Virus record (IMG/VR): IMGVR_UViG_3300034104_004920
Coordinates: 33,278-97,277 of that record
DNA from: a virus
DNA length: 64,000 bases
Reading direction: 5' to 3' (one strand)
The stretch's first letter is position 1, and every line of letters starts with the position of its first letter. The position numbers were made by a program, and so were the translations under genes. Positions 62,848 to 64,000 of this stretch are shown here, piece after piece. The notes beneath the pieces were generated by a model. The model was not told the DNA's origin. It did no database searches and saw nothing but the letters and a program-made list of their open reading frames with translations.

Positions 62848-63471
62848 ATGAAGAAAAACATTTTACAAGTTGCGCCGGCCGATCTGGTTTCCTCACAATT
62901 CTGGCAAACCAACCACAGCTGGATCTGGAATCAAGCCACTGCAGTTTTAGCTCAAATACCACCAGTCCGTGGTCATAACCGTTATAACTCGGTAGCAACT
63001 CTGGAACGTATTCAAAGAGACCCTCTAGCCCGTCAAGTCCTCAACGTCTTTACGACCAGCCCTCGCTCACAGTACATAAAAAATCAGACCCTCGTTCCTC
63101 AGTTTAACCAAAGCGTGCCATTAGTCTTGATGGCATATAAACGTTACTACAACGTGTGTTACCACAGCTGGGATGATGACGTCTGTTCATTATTAGAGTT
63201 CGACCATCAACTAGTATTAAAAAATCAACACCACGTACTGCCGTGTGTTAAGACTTTAGACTGGAGTACTTTTCCCACCAGAGACCTCTCAGGTTACTGC
63301 AGTTTAGGGTCATGGAGTAGTGGTGTCATTGGAAGACTAGATCGGTTAAGCAAACACATATACCTACAAACCTGGCTCTGGCACCACACTAAAATTACTC
63401 CATACTCAATCCAAAGCCTAGAAGACTGGGACCACAGACACACAACACTACACACCTCAGACATATTTTAA
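62848..63471 (+). CDS. T5 D2-like protein
   Basis: PQF..SVPLV.MA.K...NV.Y..WD and L.RL.K....QTW resemble T5 D2 as recalled from memory. Confidence 0.55.
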   Translation: MKKNILQVAPADLVSSQFWQTNHSWIWNQATAVLAQIPPVRGHNRYNSVATLERIQRDPLARQVLNVFTTSPRSQYIKNQTLVPQFNQSVPLVLMAYKRYYNVCYHSWDDDVCSLLEFDHQLVLKNQHHVLPCVKTLDWSTFPTRDLSGYCSLGSWSSGVIGRLDRLSKHIYLQTWLWHHTKITPYSIQSLEDWDHRHTTLHTSDIF

Positions 63472-63768
63472 ATGAACTACACACCAGAAATAACAGAAGA
63501 AATTGTTAAGTCTTACAAGGCCGGACAAACTGTTCATGACCTTGCACTTCACTACAAAGTGCCTCCGCGCAGCATTATAGCCAAGCTGTCGCAGCTGGGG
63601 GTCTATAGCAAAAAAATTTACCTTTCCAAAACGGGGGAGGTGCCAATCAAAAAAGAGCAGCTTGTGGAGCAGATTGCAGTGCTCATTGGTGAGGACTTAG
63701 AGAAAATAGAAAGTCTTGAAAAGTGCAATAAAAGAGTGTTACAACTATTAATCACTCACTTAAGTTGA
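63472..63768 (+). CDS. T5 A2/D3-like DNA-binding protein
   Basis: RSIIAKLSQLGVYSKK...KK.QLV..IA......ESLEK. Confidence 0.65.
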   Translation: MNYTPEITEEIVKSYKAGQTVHDLALHYKVPPRSIIAKLSQLGVYSKKIYLSKTGEVPIKKEQLVEQIAVLIGEDLEKIESLEKCNKRVLQLLITHLS

Positions 63769-63810
63769 AAAAAGCCCCAATAAGTCACCTTATTGGGGCT
63801 TTTTGTTTTT
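63768..63810 (+). terminator. intrinsic terminator
   Basis: aaaaagccccaataag / cttattggggcttttt. Confidence 0.9.
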
Positions 63811-63920
63811 CTTGACCCTAAACCGTACCGGGCTTGTGTGGGCTGGGGGTGGTTGGTGTGGGTTTGGTGTGGGTTTGGTACGGTTTGACTCAGCTTAGGG
63901 TCAGTTGTGTAAAACTGATC

Positions 63921-63950
63921 TTGACTCAATAAGGTTTTGCACTGTATAAT
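63921..63950 (+). promoter_or_regulatory. sigma70-type promoter
   Basis: TTGACT-18 nt-TATAAT. Confidence 0.65.
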
Positions 63951-64000
63951 GTGGGCGCAGAACGGGGGGTGTGATTTTTTAGAGATTTTGCACTGGCGCA

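Noticed and set aside
1-64000. Stop-codon reassignment
   Set aside because: Core genes are full length in the standard code, all three stops are used, and no suppressor tRNA (CUA/UCA/UUA anticodon) was found

Overview
64 kb of a lytic T5-like (Demerecviridae-type) siphophage genome, probably infecting a betaproteobacterium (inferred from the two-piece tmRNA and its ANDEVFALAA tag). The + strand from 1 to 15.4 kb carries the end of the tail-fibre module, a Thr-rich collagen-like fibre gene followed closely by a 7-gene glycan/phospho-decoration cluster (3 GT32-like glycosyltransferase genes, CDP-alcohol phosphotransferase, two nucleotidyltransferases, formyltransferase), the lysis genes (spanins, GH19 endolysin, holin-like) and phoH. 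The - strand from 15.5 to 61.4 kb carries an unexplained fibre/collagen/C1q-like operon, class II RNR, and the T5-type replication block (dUTPase, D15, D14, D13, D12, D11, D10, PolA, primase, helicase, D5, split NAD ligase, D3). It then carries a ~19 kb RNA-rich region with 23 conventional tRNAs, a permuted tmRNA, thyX, uvsE and many small genes. The most unusual content is non-coding: an ~880-nt ORF-free, pseudoknotted RNA with its own promoter and terminator (56171-57048), a tRNA-Ile that appears to carry two anticodon arms (UAU and GAU), two other tRNA-like RNAs with rebuilt anticodon domains, and about nine small RNA cassettes closed by long terminal stems, four of which share the same stem sequence. 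All calls come from reading motifs and base-pairing by eye; no database search or folding program was run.
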